Below, piece by piece: positions 1 to 9,735 of a stretch of DNA of 64,000 bases. The stretch spans positions 7,996-71,995 of the forward strand of contig NZ_JBDNHC010000106.1 in assembly GCF_041689005.1 (NCBI RefSeq), written 5' to 3'. This stretch comes from Sneathiella sp. GTDB lineage: Bacteria; Pseudomonadota; Alphaproteobacteria; Sneathiellales; Sneathiellaceae. Both the position numbers and the translations under genes were made by a program. Under the pieces are notes generated by a model. That model was not told the DNA's origin and made no database searches. It was given only the letters and a program-made list of their open reading frames with translations. How positions within the stretch are numbered: the stretch's first letter is position 1; each line of letters opens with the position of its first letter.

Positions 1-138
1 TATTACCCCTTCTTTTTACAGGATGTGGCGGCAATTCCAGAGTTGAACCAAAGCGATTATATTCACCCCAATGCCGAGGGAGTGAAAATCATTGTCGATA
101 ACATGCTGCCCTATGTTATCAAGTTCATAAATGAATAA
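1..138 (+). CDS. SGNH/GDSL-family hydrolase (TesA-like arylesterase), C-terminal fragment; 5' end lies outside the window
   Basis: Frame 1 is open from base 1 to TAA at 136-138. The translation ...NQSDYIHPNAEGVKIIVDNMLPYVIKFINE carries the GDSL block V D-x-x-H motif. Confidence 0.55.
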   Translation, partial: YYPFFLQDVAAIPELNQSDYIHPNAEGVKIIVDNMLPYVIKFINE

Positions 139-173
139 GGTATGCCCCGGACCGTCGATAAAGGATATCTCTC

Positions 174-722
174 ATGCGCCTTTTCGTTGCTATTGCCCTG
201 CCGCAGGAGATTAAGGACAGTATTTCGATACTGCGTGGCGGTATTCCCGAGGCCCGATGGATTGCAGCAGAGAATTCCCATGTCACCCTTGCCTTTATCG
301 GCGAAGTGCAAACACCGATGATGATGGATATTTCCCTTGCGCTCGGGAGGATAAAGCATCCCGCGTTCCATATTGATATTGAAGGTGTCGGGGTTTTTGG
401 CAGCAACAAGCGACCACGAATTCTATGGGCAGGCGTGCGCAATATCGACACCATAAACCTGCTGCACAAAAAAATTGTCACGGCAATTGAAGCAGTCGGG
501 GCGACCGTTGATGACAGGCGATTCCATCCCCATATCACGCTGGCCCGTGTCCATAAGTCCCCTTATGAGCGTGTGCGGAATTTCCTTATTGACCACGCCC
601 TTTTCAAAACCAGAACCATCCCCGTAACCAGCTTCATCTTGTTTTCCAGTCATTTGTCGTCTTCCGCCGCAATCTATCAGGAGGAAATCAGCTTTGACCT
701 TCAACCGTACCTGGAAGCATAA
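174..722 (+). CDS. thpR: RNA 2',3'-cyclic phosphodiesterase (2H phosphoesterase, LigT/ThpR)
   Basis: 182-aa ORF with N-terminus MRLFVAIALP and two H-x-T-L motifs (HVTLAF, HITLAR) typical of the 2H family. Confidence 0.85.
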   Translation: MRLFVAIALPQEIKDSISILRGGIPEARWIAAENSHVTLAFIGEVQTPMMMDISLALGRIKHPAFHIDIEGVGVFGSNKRPRILWAGVRNIDTINLLHKKIVTAIEAVGATVDDRRFHPHITLARVHKSPYERVRNFLIDHALFKTRTIPVTSFILFSSHLSSSAAIYQEEISFDLQPYLEA

Positions 723-1305
723 AGACATCATAACGGGTGGATTTACCGACTATCTGATGGGAAGGTGCCCGCACCCCGGCTATTGGCGCGGCACGGCGCG
801 GCCATTTGAGGACAACCCGCTTTCGGGCAGCGGCAAGAGCGATCGCCAGCAAGTCGGCGCAGTCTTGATCCGTCCCGACCAGTTCACGCAATTGCCGCAT
901 CTCGTTCTTTACCAGGGCCGCCTTTCCTCGTGGTGGATGCATCGGATCGATCAGTACTGTTTCGGGATTCAGGCGCGGCAAAATATCCCGGGCATCCCCC
1001 GCAATCAGGGTCATCCGGGCGACAATTGCGGCAAGGTCCGTGTTTTCTAGCGCCGCCCGCTCCAAAGCCGCCGCAAGCAGGGCATGCACTGCCTCGTTGC
1101 GCTCAATCAGTGTCACCTCTGCACCCAGTGAGGCCAGCAGAAACGCATCGCGACCAAGCCCGGCCGTAGCGTCGACAATTATTGGCGTAATTCCAGGTCG
1201 AAACCCCAAAGCCTTGGGCAGGGCCTGTCCGCGCCCACCGCCGAATTTACGTCGATACCCGACAGCCCCACCAATAAAATCCAACGTCAACTGAGTTTCT
1301 GTCAT
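688..1305 (-). CDS. rsmJ: 16S rRNA (guanine1516-N2)-methyltransferase RsmJ (YhiQ family)
   Basis: FIGGAVGYRRKFGGGRGQALPKA and VDATAGLGRDAFLLASLG closely match the conserved blocks of E. coli RsmJ. Confidence 0.8.
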   Translation of the reverse strand: MTETQLTLDFIGGAVGYRRKFGGGRGQALPKALGFRPGITPIIVDATAGLGRDAFLLASLGAEVTLIERNEAVHALLAAALERAALENTDLAAIVARMTLIAGDARDILPRLNPETVLIDPMHPPRGKAALVKNEMRQLRELVGTDQDCADLLAIALAAARKRVVLKWPRRAAPIAGVRAPSHQIVGKSTRYDVFMLPGTVEGQS

Positions 1306-1320
1306 GGGCGTGGAGGTTCC

Positions 1321-2208
1321 CTAGAAGCCGAGATTGGCTTTCCACCAGGTCGGCAGGGCAAAAGAGGCGGTATGAAGGGCAGCATTGTAATGCCGCCCGG
1401 TATGATCGAGAACCGGCGCCGAATAGTCATAGCCGTCGTAACTATAGAGAAAAAACCCGAATTCGGCGGCGGGATACAGCTGAACGATGGACCGATACCC
1501 GGCAACGTGCGGCAGAAGCTTTCGTTCCTGCATGATCGACACCAGATTCTGATCCTTGTCGCCACATAACTCCTGCAGGAAATAAGCCCGGTCCTTGCCA
1601 ACGAAAATACTGTCGCTGTCCAGCACAACTCCATCCGGCTTGATACAAGCTGAGAAATCTTCACAGAAGGCGAGCGTAAAGACACTGGAGGAGGGCCCCA
1701 CAGGCTCGCTTAAATCGAGAATGATCAAATCGAATTTGTCTCCGCGGGCGCGGGCGTTCTTCATATACTCAGCGGCGTCGCCGATCACGAGTTCAACCCT
1801 TGGGTCATTATAATTACCGTTTATCGCGAGGTATTCTCGCGAGAGCTCAACCACCCGCGCATCGATTTCGACCATCACCACCCGTGAGACGAAATCATGG
1901 ATCAGGGTTTCCCGCAAGATCCCGCCGTCCCCGCCGCCGACAATCAGGACCTCGGCGTTCTCGCGCCTGCGACCCAGTAAAGGCACATGAACCGCCATCT
2001 CGTGATACATAAACTCATCCGCCTGCGAGGCCTGCACCAGATCATCCAGCGTTAAGATACGGCCAAAGACATCATGCTCGAATATTTCGATTTTCTGAAA
2101 CGGGCTTTGTTCTGAATGCAGCAGCTTCATGTCTAGCGCATGGGTGAAGCCCACCCCTTCGGTTTCCTCATGCCACCACTGGCGGCTTGTCTCGCTGGTT
2201 TTTTTCAT
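1321..2208 (-). CDS. Spermidine synthase-like polyamine aminopropyltransferase
   Basis: 295 aa with the VLIVGGGDGGILRE SAM/dcSAM-binding loop and a spermidine-synthase-like N-terminal tetramerisation region (FQKIEIFE). Confidence 0.7.
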   Translation of the reverse strand: MKKTSETSRQWWHEETEGVGFTHALDMKLLHSEQSPFQKIEIFEHDVFGRILTLDDLVQASQADEFMYHEMAVHVPLLGRRRENAEVLIVGGGDGGILRETLIHDFVSRVVMVEIDARVVELSREYLAINGNYNDPRVELVIGDAAEYMKNARARGDKFDLIILDLSEPVGPSSSVFTLAFCEDFSACIKPDGVVLDSDSIFVGKDRAYFLQELCGDKDQNLVSIMQERKLLPHVAGYRSIVQLYPAAEFGFFLYSYDGYDYSAPVLDHTGRHYNAALHTASFALPTWWKANLGF

Positions 2209-2369
2209 CGACCCATGCTTTTCATATAAAATTCATCGTCTGAAAAATAAAGGCGGTAGGCAACTGGACAGACAGTCCGGACCGCGACATATTCCCTGAC
2301 AGGAGACGCTTATAGCCGAAAACCGTATCTGGTGGCTACCACAGAAACCGAGGCAAGGAAGGAAGCTAT

Positions 2370-2669
2370 ATGACCCGGAAACTCAGTGCTGAAGAAACCC
2401 AAAATGCCTTAGAATCGTTGGAGGGCTGGCAAATGGTCGCGAACCGGGAGGCCATTGCCAAGGCCTATAAATTCAAGAATTTCAACGAGGCCTTCGGCTT
2501 CATGACGCGCGTGGCGCTGAAGGCCGAAAAGATGGATCATCACCCTGAATGGTTCAATGTTTATAACCGGGTCGAGGTGACCCTTGCCACCCACGACGTC
2601 AATGGCGTGAGTGACAAGGATATCGAACTTGCGACATTTATGGAAAAAATCGCCGCCAAGCTTATTTAG
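2370..2669 (+). CDS. phhB: 4a-hydroxytetrahydrobiopterin dehydratase (pterin-4-alpha-carbinolamine dehydratase)
   Basis: 99 aa with LEGWQ...[25 protein letters not shown], the PCD/DCoH signature. Confidence 0.85.
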   Translation: MTRKLSAEETQNALESLEGWQMVANREAIAKAYKFKNFNEAFGFMTRVALKAEKMDHHPEWFNVYNRVEVTLATHDVNGVSDKDIELATFMEKIAAKLI

Positions 2670-3423
2670 GCGCCATGCGGATAGCCCCGTCGAGCCGGAT
2701 AACCTCTCCGTTCAGCATTTGGTTCTCTATTATCTGCCGGGCAAGGGAGGCATATTCCGAAGGCTGCCCCAAGCGGCTCGGGAAGGGTACGCTGGCGCCG
2801 AGCGCCGCCTGAACATCGTCGGGCAGGCTTTTGAGCAGCGGTGTCTCGAACAACCCGGGGGCAATTGTCATCACCCTGACGCCCACCGAAGCCAGATCGC
2901 GGGCGATCGGCAATGTCATCCCGACGATGCCGCCCTTCGACGCCGCATAGGCAGCCTGGCCGATCTGGCCGTCATAGGCGGCAACGGAGGCCGTGTTAAT
3001 ACAAACCCCGCGCTCACCGCTCTCCATCGGATCGAGCAGGATCATTTCATTTGCCGCCCGGCGAATACAATTGAAACTGCCGACCAGATTAACGGCGATG
3101 ACTTGCTCGAACTTGTCCAGCGGGTGCATGCCTCTGCTGGAAACCGTTTTGGCAGCAGGACCAATACCCGCACAGTTTATGAGAATTCGCGCCGACCCGT
3201 GAGCGGCGCGAGCCTTGGCAAACGCGGCCTCAACTGATTCATCATTGGCGACATTGACAACGCAGGCGATACCTCCAATTTCGGCAGCCACCTTTTCGGC
3301 AAGCTCCTCGTTCATGTCGAAAATAGCAACCTTGGCGCCCGCCGCCGCAAGCATTTTGGCGGTTGCCCCTCCAAGCCCGGACGCGCCGCCCGTCACAATT
3401 GCCGCTTTATCGGAAATATCCAT
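2662..3423 (-). CDS. SDR-family 3-hydroxyacyl-CoA dehydrogenase (HSD17B10-like)
   Basis: TGGASGLG cofactor motif plus YAASKGG catalytic motif. Start set at ATG 3423 (MDISDK), which follows GGAGAAAAAG; the longest ORF extends to 3471. Confidence 0.75.
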   Translation of the reverse strand: MDISDKAAIVTGGASGLGGATAKMLAAAGAKVAIFDMNEELAEKVAAEIGGIACVVNVANDESVEAAFAKARAAHGSARILINCAGIGPAAKTVSSRGMHPLDKFEQVIAVNLVGSFNCIRRAANEMILLDPMESGERGVCINTASVAAYDGQIGQAAYAASKGGIVGMTLPIARDLASVGVRVMTIAPGLFETPLLKSLPDDVQAALGASVPFPSRLGQPSEYASLARQIIENQMLNGEVIRLDGAIRMAPK

Positions 3424-3490
3424 CTTTTTCTCCAGTTTTGTAAGATGACCGTTCGTTTCGTCTTCCTGCATACACGGCCCGGCTTAAAAT

Positions 3491-3928
3491 GTGAAGAACC
3501 GGCTTCTTGCAAAGTCACGCCGGGGGGCTCATATAGTTAGAATGAGTAAAAAACCGGAAGATGACACCTCTGCGTTCGATGAGGAAAAGCTGAAGAGCGA
3601 CAAACGACTTGTGATGCGCGAGTTTGGCCACAAACTGCGTAAGAATATCGGTAAGATCCCGTTTTCGGAAGACGTCACCGCCAGCTTTTACTGTGCTGTT
3701 GACAGCAAGAGCCCGGCCTTTGTGAAAGCTGTTCTGTTCGGCGCGCTGGCCTATTTCATTATGCCCATTGATGTCATCCCGGATTTTCTGGCGGGCGTCG
3801 GGTTTACCGATGACGCCAGTGTCCTGATGGCGGCCATGGCAACGGTCAAGAAATACGTCAATGACGACCATCGCGTCAAAGCCCGGACCTTTTTAAAGAA
3901 GGAAACCGAGATCGCCGAAGACGCCTGA
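3491..3928 (+). CDS. DUF1232 (YkvA-like) membrane protein
   Basis: The IMPIDVIPDFLAGVGFTDDASVL motif is typical of DUF1232. The start is uncertain: GTG 3491 or ATG 3542. Confidence 0.55.
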   Translation: MKNRLLAKSRRGAHIVRMSKKPEDDTSAFDEEKLKSDKRLVMREFGHKLRKNIGKIPFSEDVTASFYCAVDSKSPAFVKAVLFGALAYFIMPIDVIPDFLAGVGFTDDASVLMAAMATVKKYVNDDHRVKARTFLKKETEIAEDA

Positions 3929-3977
3929 GCATCTTATCGGACGACAGTCCCCTGCAATTCCATTTCTTATTTTCCAG

Positions 3978-4001
3978 AAAATTGTGCACGGCAACAATTT
4001 T
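3978..4001. promoter_or_regulatory. Perfect 8-bp inverted repeat (candidate operator) upstream of scoAB
   Basis: AAAATTGT (3978-3985), an 8-nt spacer, then ACAATTTT (3994-4001), about 60 nt upstream of the scoA ATG. Confidence 0.35.
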
Positions 4002-4060
4002 TTGTTATATAGATTTTGTCAGTCGACGACAGTTAACAAGCTGGATAAGGAAGATGATGG

Positions 4061-4777
4061 ATGAGTGATCGAAAAATATATTCGGACGCGACGGCGGCCC
4101 TTGACGGGCTCCTGAAAGACGGAATGACCCTGATGTCCGGTGGGTTTGGCCTATGTGGTCTCCCCGAAACCCTTATCGAAGCAGTCAAGGCCTCCGGCGT
4201 AAAGGGCCTGACGGTTATCTCGAATAACGCGGGCGTTGACGGAATCGGTCTTGGTATCCTGCTTGAAAGCAAGCAAATATCAACCATGGTCTCCTCCTAT
4301 GTCGGGGAAAACAAGCTCTTCGCCCAACAATTCCTCGCGGGCGATTTGAAAGTTGTCTTTACACCGCAAGGCACCCTGGCGGAGCAAATCCGGGCGGGCG
4401 GCGCTGGCATTCCGGCCTTTTACACCAAAACCGGTGTTGGCACCCTGGTTAGCGAAGGCAAGGAAGTCAAGAATTTTGACGGTGAAGATTATGTCATGGA
4501 GCGTGGATTGACGGCCGATGTTGCCCTTGTCCATGCCTATATGGCTGACAAGGAAGGCAATCTCGTTTTCCGCAAAACCGCGCGGAATTTCAACCCGATG
4601 ATGGCAACTGCCGGAAAAGTAACAGTTGTCGAGGTTGAGCATTTGGTCGAAGCCGGCGAGATAGATCCCGATCATATTGTTGTCCCGGGCATTTATGTGC
4701 AACGCATCGTACATGTCGCCAACCCCGTCAAACATATTGAACAGCGCACCACCCGTCCCCGTAAACAGGTCGGCTGA
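4061..4777 (+). CDS. scoA: Succinyl-CoA:3-ketoacid CoA transferase subunit A
   Basis: 238 aa with [19 protein letters not shown] and [14 protein letters not shown], conserved blocks of the family I CoA-transferase A subunit. Confidence 0.9.
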   Translation: MSDRKIYSDATAALDGLLKDGMTLMSGGFGLCGLPETLIEAVKASGVKGLTVISNNAGVDGIGLGILLESKQISTMVSSYVGENKLFAQQFLAGDLKVVFTPQGTLAEQIRAGGAGIPAFYTKTGVGTLVSEGKEVKNFDGEDYVMERGLTADVALVHAYMADKEGNLVFRKTARNFNPMMATAGKVTVVEVEHLVEAGEIDPDHIVVPGIYVQRIVHVANPVKHIEQRTTRPRKQVG

Positions 4778-4799
4778 CCAGCAGCGAGAGGAATATCAC

Positions 4800-5441
4800 A
4801 TGGCTTGGACCAGAGAACAAATGGCGCAACGCGCCGCCCAGGAACTCAAAGACGGTTTCTATGTAAACCTCGGGATTGGCATCCCGACCCTTGTCTCCAA
4901 CTATATCCCCGAGGGCATGGAAATCCAGCTGCAAAGCGAAAACGGCATGCTCGGCATGGGTCCCTTCCCTTATGAGGGCGATGAAGACGCCGACCTGATC
5001 AACGCGGGCAAGCAGACCGTAACGGAACTGCCAACCACCAGCTATTTTTCTAACGCCGATTCCTTTGCCATGATCCGCGGCGGGCATATCAACCTGTCCA
5101 TTCTGGGCGCCATGCAGGTGGCCCAGAACGGCGATCTCGCCAACTGGATGATCCCGGGGAAAATGGTCAAGGGCATGGGCGGTGCCATGGATCTTGTGGC
5201 GGGCGTAAAGAAGGTGATCATCGTCATGGAACATACGGCAAAAGGCGAGCCAAAACTACTCAAGGCCTGTAACCTTCCGCTTACTGGCACCGGTGTCGTT
5301 GATATGGTAATCACCGATATGGCCGTGTTCGAGTTTGAGAAAAACGGCGGACCGCTTATGAAGTTGGTGGAACTTGCCGAAGGCGTCACCCTCGAAGAAG
5401 TGCAGGCCGCAACAGAGGCGGAGTTTGTGGTTAGCCTCTAG
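4800..5441 (+). CDS. scoB: Succinyl-CoA:3-ketoacid CoA transferase subunit B
   Basis: The internal ATG at 4800 gives [30 protein letters not shown]. It contains the SENG catalytic-Glu motif (LQSENGMLG) and lies 22 nt after scoA. Confidence 0.9.
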   Translation: MAWTREQMAQRAAQELKDGFYVNLGIGIPTLVSNYIPEGMEIQLQSENGMLGMGPFPYEGDEDADLINAGKQTVTELPTTSYFSNADSFAMIRGGHINLSILGAMQVAQNGDLANWMIPGKMVKGMGGAMDLVAGVKKVIIVMEHTAKGEPKLLKACNLPLTGTGVVDMVITDMAVFEFEKNGGPLMKLVELAEGVTLEEVQAATEAEFVVSL

Positions 5442-5451
5442 CCAATCAGTT

Positions 5452-5461
5452 CCCCCCCCCC
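5452..5461. repeat. C10 homopolymer tract in the convergent intergenic region
   Basis: Ten consecutive C residues between the scoB stop (5441) and the stop of the minus-strand EamA gene (5477). Confidence 0.9.
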
Positions 5462-5476
5462 TCAAGTCCATAGGTG

Positions 5477-6400
5477 TCAACTATCCGGGACTTGAGGTTT
5501 CCTTTTTCCAATCCCGGCTTCACGGCGAACGATATAGAGGCTCGACGCGACGATAATACAGGCACCGATGATCATGCCGCGGTCGGGTATTTCCGAAAAA
5601 AACAGATAGGCCAAAATTCCGGAGAACACCAGCCGGGTATAATCAAACGGCGAGACCGCCGTCGCTTCGCCAACAGAAAACGCCCGGATCGTGCAGAAAT
5701 TTGCCCCTGCCCCGACAGCGGCAACTCCGGTAAGGACGAGGAGATCCTGCAGGCTCGGCTGAACCCAGACCACGAGAGCAGGCCCAAGCGAGACAAGTGT
5801 TGAAAACAGTCCGAAGTAAAACATCATCGTCAACACCCCCTCTGTCGCGCTAAGCTTTTTCAGGAAGACAGATACCATCGCCACATTCAGGGCCCCAAAA
5901 AGTGCCACCGCCGAGGCAAACTCGAATTGTCCCTGTGAATTTGCCATAACCAGAACCCCGAGAAACCCGACGGCAGTCGCGGTCCAGCGGCGCCAGCGAA
6001 CCTTCTCTCCAAGTAACAGGACCGCCAGCAGGATAAGGAACAACGGCCGGGTGAAGGTCAGAGCCACAGCATCCGCGAGCGGCAGATGGGTAATTGCATA
6101 AAAAATTGACAGCATGCCGGTAACGCCCACCAACGCCCGCGCAAGATGGAGTTTTATCACCTTAGTCTTCAGCGGGCGGATGCCGTGCCGTAGGGCGAGG
6201 GGCAAGATGACCAGGAAACCGAAAAAAGTTCTCAGGAAGGCAATCTGGAAGCTGTCCATTCCTGCACCCAGAAACTTGATTCCCATGCTCATGAGGGAGA
6301 AGAACAGGCCAGCCAGCAACATCCAGAGCGCACCCTGTCCATTTTCCGGAATCCCGTTCCAGAGTTTAAGCCAGGCCGCCTGACGCGTATTAACACTCAT
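5477..6400 (-). CDS. DMT/EamA-family transporter
   Basis: 307 aa, about 10 hydrophobic helices, two EamA-like halves. Its ATG overlaps the stop of the upstream paralog (ATGA at 6397-6400). Confidence 0.8.
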   Translation of the reverse strand: MSVNTRQAAWLKLWNGIPENGQGALWMLLAGLFFSLMSMGIKFLGAGMDSFQIAFLRTFFGFLVILPLALRHGIRPLKTKVIKLHLARALVGVTGMLSIFYAITHLPLADAVALTFTRPLFLILLAVLLLGEKVRWRRWTATAVGFLGVLVMANSQGQFEFASAVALFGALNVAMVSVFLKKLSATEGVLTMMFYFGLFSTLVSLGPALVVWVQPSLQDLLVLTGVAAVGAGANFCTIRAFSVGEATAVSPFDYTRLVFSGILAYLFFSEIPDRGMIIGACIIVASSLYIVRREAGIGKRKPQVPDS

Positions 6401-7392
6401 CCGACCGGTCCCGATCTCGTCTCGGCTATTGTTCGGGCAAGGAGCTCCGACTTTGCCGCGGCCGAGGCCCGCCGCGATTCCCGTATCGCGATATAGATGG
6501 AGGAAGAGAAAATAACCGCTGCCCCAATATAGGTATAGACGTCCGGTACCTGCATGAAGAATATGAACCCGATGATGGCGGAAAAAATCAGACGAAAAAA
6601 GTCAAACGGCATGACCACTGAGGCATCGGCCAACGAATAGGCCTTGGTAAAACATAAATGTCCAACTGTCGCGAGAAGTCCGATAACTAATATGGTCATA
6701 ATCTGGTCAAGCGTCGGCGTCTCCCAGACAAACAGGGCCGGAAATAAGGACATCGGCAATATCAGGATTTGGGTCCAGGCGACAATGGCCGGCGTACTTT
6801 CCGTTCGCGAGAGCAATTTTACGAAGGTAATTGAAACAGCCATACCCAGCGCCGAAAAAATTGCCGCATAGGATCCGAGATTCAATTCTTCAAGGCCCGG
6901 TCGCAGAAGGATCATAGCGCCCGCGAAGCCGACGATCATCGCAATTCCGCGCCGCATACCGACGACCTCATGCAGGATGAAAATGGCTAGAATTGTGCCA
7001 AAAATCGGTGCCGTGAAATTCAGCGCGACCGCATCTGCGAGCGGCAGAACACTGATGGCGTAGAACCAGCCGATCATCGACAAAAAGCCGAAGACTCCGC
7101 GCCCGAGATAAAGTCCGATATGTTTTGTTTTCAGACCCCGCAACCCGACTTTCGCCAGCCAGGGAAGAATAAACAACAATCCCGCCACATTCCTGAGAAA
7201 TACCACTTGAAAAATAGGCATGCCGCTGTCGGCAACAGAACGGATCAAGCCAGCCATTATCGACTGCAAAAGGCAGGCAGCTATCATAAGGATAATTGCC
7301 TGAACAATGACAGGGGCCTGCATAAACGATTTAAAGGGAAGACGCGAGAATACCATAGTACCCCAGAATAATTTGAACCCAAACAAACACAA
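6397..7392 (-). CDS. DMT/EamA-family transporter (tandem paralog)
   Basis: 331-aa polytopic ORF with two EamA repeats. The start is uncertain (7392, 7356 or 7323). Confidence 0.75.
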   Translation of the reverse strand: MCLFGFKLFWGTMVFSRLPFKSFMQAPVIVQAIILMIAACLLQSIMAGLIRSVADSGMPIFQVVFLRNVAGLLFILPWLAKVGLRGLKTKHIGLYLGRGVFGFLSMIGWFYAISVLPLADAVALNFTAPIFGTILAIFILHEVVGMRRGIAMIVGFAGAMILLRPGLEELNLGSYAAIFSALGMAVSITFVKLLSRTESTPAIVAWTQILILPMSLFPALFVWETPTLDQIMTILVIGLLATVGHLCFTKAYSLADASVVMPFDFFRLIFSAIIGFIFFMQVPDVYTYIGAAVIFSSSIYIAIRESRRASAAAKSELLARTIAETRSGPVG

Positions 7393-7443
7393 GGCCCTAA
7401 ATATGCAATACAGCCCTGCGCTCGCCCGTATAAACCGCCTTCA

Positions 7444-8679
7444 TCAGGACTTGAGCCACAGCAGGTTGAGCCCGTTCAACATTTTATAGGCTGGGGCATA
7501 CCGGCTGCGAAACGTCTGCCAGGGAAGTGACAGTTCGGACTGAATGCCCTGGAGGGATCGTCGGCCATCAATCAACCGGATAAACTCCGCGGTGCCTGCG
7601 GGCACGGGAACCGCCATCGTCTCGCCATCAAAATTGACGGTCAACGTGGAATGCGCCGCACAGGCCTTCGCCAGAACCTCCGGATTCCGGTCTTTCAGGA
7701 TCGGGATCATGTCGGGCTCGAATGTCGCGCTTCCGGCGGCTGTCCCATCTTTTTTTCTGGCATAGAAGGTATGTGTTTTCAGGGCTCCCGAGAGATTTTC
7801 AGCGAGCGCCGCCTGCTGGCTCCGCCCAAGGCCCTGAGCCCGTTTTATCAGTAACTTATCCTTCAGGTAGATCTCAGGCCGATACCGCACCGGTTCAATA
7901 TAACTGACCAGTTCCATACCCGCCTCGTCCAAAAGCGCCTCTACCTCGGGAACCAGATAACTTCTGTCGCGAGGATGGAGGAGGAGATCATAAAGCGCCG
8001 CGTTCTCACCGAGCCGATGATCGCCGACCATCTCATTCTTTGTAAGCCAATTGGTTTTGGGAAGGTCTTTCAGAAGCGCTTTGGCAAGCCCAACCTGCTG
8101 CGCCGGATCATCCTCGCCCGCAAGCGCTTTCAGTGCCTTCTGTACTGGATAAACGCCGGTCCGACCCAGGGTCGCATAGACCATCAATCCCATTCCGCCT
8201 TCCTCAGCAAGGGATCCGGTCAATGCGGCAAGGCCCTTCTCTGGCTCTTCAAGATGATGGAGGACCCCGCAGCAATCGATATAGTCAAAATGCGCGAGGC
8301 CCATGTCCGGTAGATCCAGCAGCGAGGCCGTGCGAAACTCGATATTTGTCAGCCCCCGTACCTCCGCACGCGCCTCCGCCACGACACGGCTTGCGGCGGA
8401 CAGATCAAGATACAGGACATGGCTCTGATCACCGCGATCCGCGAGGTGCTGCGCCAGCATAATGGCCGCGTCCCCGGTTCCGCCCCCCGCCTCCAATGCA
8501 CGGAAGGGTCCAGAAAAATCCCGCTTTCCCGCAAACAAGTAATGGTTCACCTCGTCGAGGTGACTGGGGCTTCCCTCAATCAGGCGGTTTTTCTCATCGG
8601 CGGGGTTGCGGGGCGGATAGGGATATTTTTCATACTGGCGTTTAACCGCCCGATCCCGTTTCCCCCGCCCCTTTACCAT
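7444..8679 (-). CDS. Class I SAM-dependent methyltransferase with an uncharacterised C-terminal domain of about 200 aa
   Basis: Motif I LEAGGGTGDAAI and post-I YLDLS. The C-terminal half has no motif I recognise. Confidence 0.65.
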   Translation of the reverse strand: MVKGRGKRDRAVKRQYEKYPYPPRNPADEKNRLIEGSPSHLDEVNHYLFAGKRDFSGPFRALEAGGGTGDAAIMLAQHLADRGDQSHVLYLDLSAASRVVAEARAEVRGLTNIEFRTASLLDLPDMGLAHFDYIDCCGVLHHLEEPEKGLAALTGSLAEEGGMGLMVYATLGRTGVYPVQKALKALAGEDDPAQQVGLAKALLKDLPKTNWLTKNEMVGDHRLGENAALYDLLLHPRDRSYLVPEVEALLDEAGMELVSYIEPVRYRPEIYLKDKLLIKRAQGLGRSQQAALAENLSGALKTHTFYARKKDGTAAGSATFEPDMIPILKDRNPEVLAKACAAHSTLTVNFDGETMAVPVPAGTAEFIRLIDGRRSLQGIQSELSLPWQTFRSRYAPAYKMLNGLNLLWLKS

Positions 8680-8685
8680 CGAAAA

Positions 8686-9666
8686 TCAATCCTTAACGGT
8701 AATGATGATCTTGCCGGTTGTTTTACGCGACAGAAGCGCCTTCATGGCATCAGCTCCCTTTTCCAATGGAAAATGCCTGGAGACATGCGGCTTAAGCGTG
8801 CCTGCTTCTACCATATCCAGCATCGCCATAAAATTAGCCCGGTTTTTTGCCGGATTGCGCCGGCCGAATTCGCCCCAGAAAACCCCGACCACCGAGCAGC
8901 CTTTCAGCAGCACGAGATTTGTTTTTAACTCGGCGATACGGCCCGACGCGAAGCCGATGACTAAAAGCCTTCCGTTCCAGTTGATACAACGAATTGACTG
9001 GTCAAACGCATCTCCGCCAACCGGATCATAAATAACATCTGCGCCCTTGCCATCGGTCAGCTCTTTCACCCGATCCTTAATATTCTCGGTCGAGTAATTA
9101 ATGACATGGCTTGCGCCATACTGTTTCACGATATCGATTTTCTCGTCCGACCCGACTGTACCGATAACCGTGGCGCCAAGCGCCTTGCCGAGTTCGACCG
9201 CATTCAGGCCGACGCCGCCAGCAGCACCATGGACCAGCAGAACTTCGCCCGGCTGAATGTTCCCCCGATCAACAAGGGCGTGATATGTCGTCCCGTAGGT
9301 GACCGGAAATCCCGCTGCCTGATCAAATGGCATGTTATCGGGGATTTTATAGGTGTTGTTTTCGGGTGCGAGAACATATTCGGCGAAACCGCCGATACTG
9401 TGACTGGCCATGACCCGGTCCCCGACCGCAACATTCGTAACGCCCTCTCCGATTTCCGTGACGATACCGGAGGATTCCATTCCCGGTGAGAAAGGGAACG
9501 GCGGTTTAACCTGGTATTTTCCGGCAATAATCAAAGTGTCGGGAAAGTTGAGGCCGACAGAATGCACCGCAATCTTGACCTTTCCGGGTACAATTTTAGG
9601 CTCCTCAATCTCTTCCATGACGAGAATATCGGGATCACCAAATTCCTTACAGACAAGCGCTTTCAT
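8686..9666 (-). CDS. NADPH:quinone oxidoreductase (zeta-crystallin / MDR family)
   Basis: 326 aa with the MDR fold signature, the VLVHGAAGGVGLNAVELGK Rossmann motif, and no structural-zinc Cys cluster. Confidence 0.85.
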   Translation of the reverse strand: MKALVCKEFGDPDILVMEEIEEPKIVPGKVKIAVHSVGLNFPDTLIIAGKYQVKPPFPFSPGMESSGIVTEIGEGVTNVAVGDRVMASHSIGGFAEYVLAPENNTYKIPDNMPFDQAAGFPVTYGTTYHALVDRGNIQPGEVLLVHGAAGGVGLNAVELGKALGATVIGTVGSDEKIDIVKQYGASHVINYSTENIKDRVKELTDGKGADVIYDPVGGDAFDQSIRCINWNGRLLVIGFASGRIAELKTNLVLLKGCSVVGVFWGEFGRRNPAKNRANFMAMLDMVEAGTLKPHVSRHFPLEKGADAMKALLSRKTTGKIIITVKD

Positions 9667-9735
9667 AATTCTTCCTATTTTTATTTCTTGTTGTTGTGAT
9701 GGGAATACTTACCCTCGAACCAAAGGCAACGTCAA

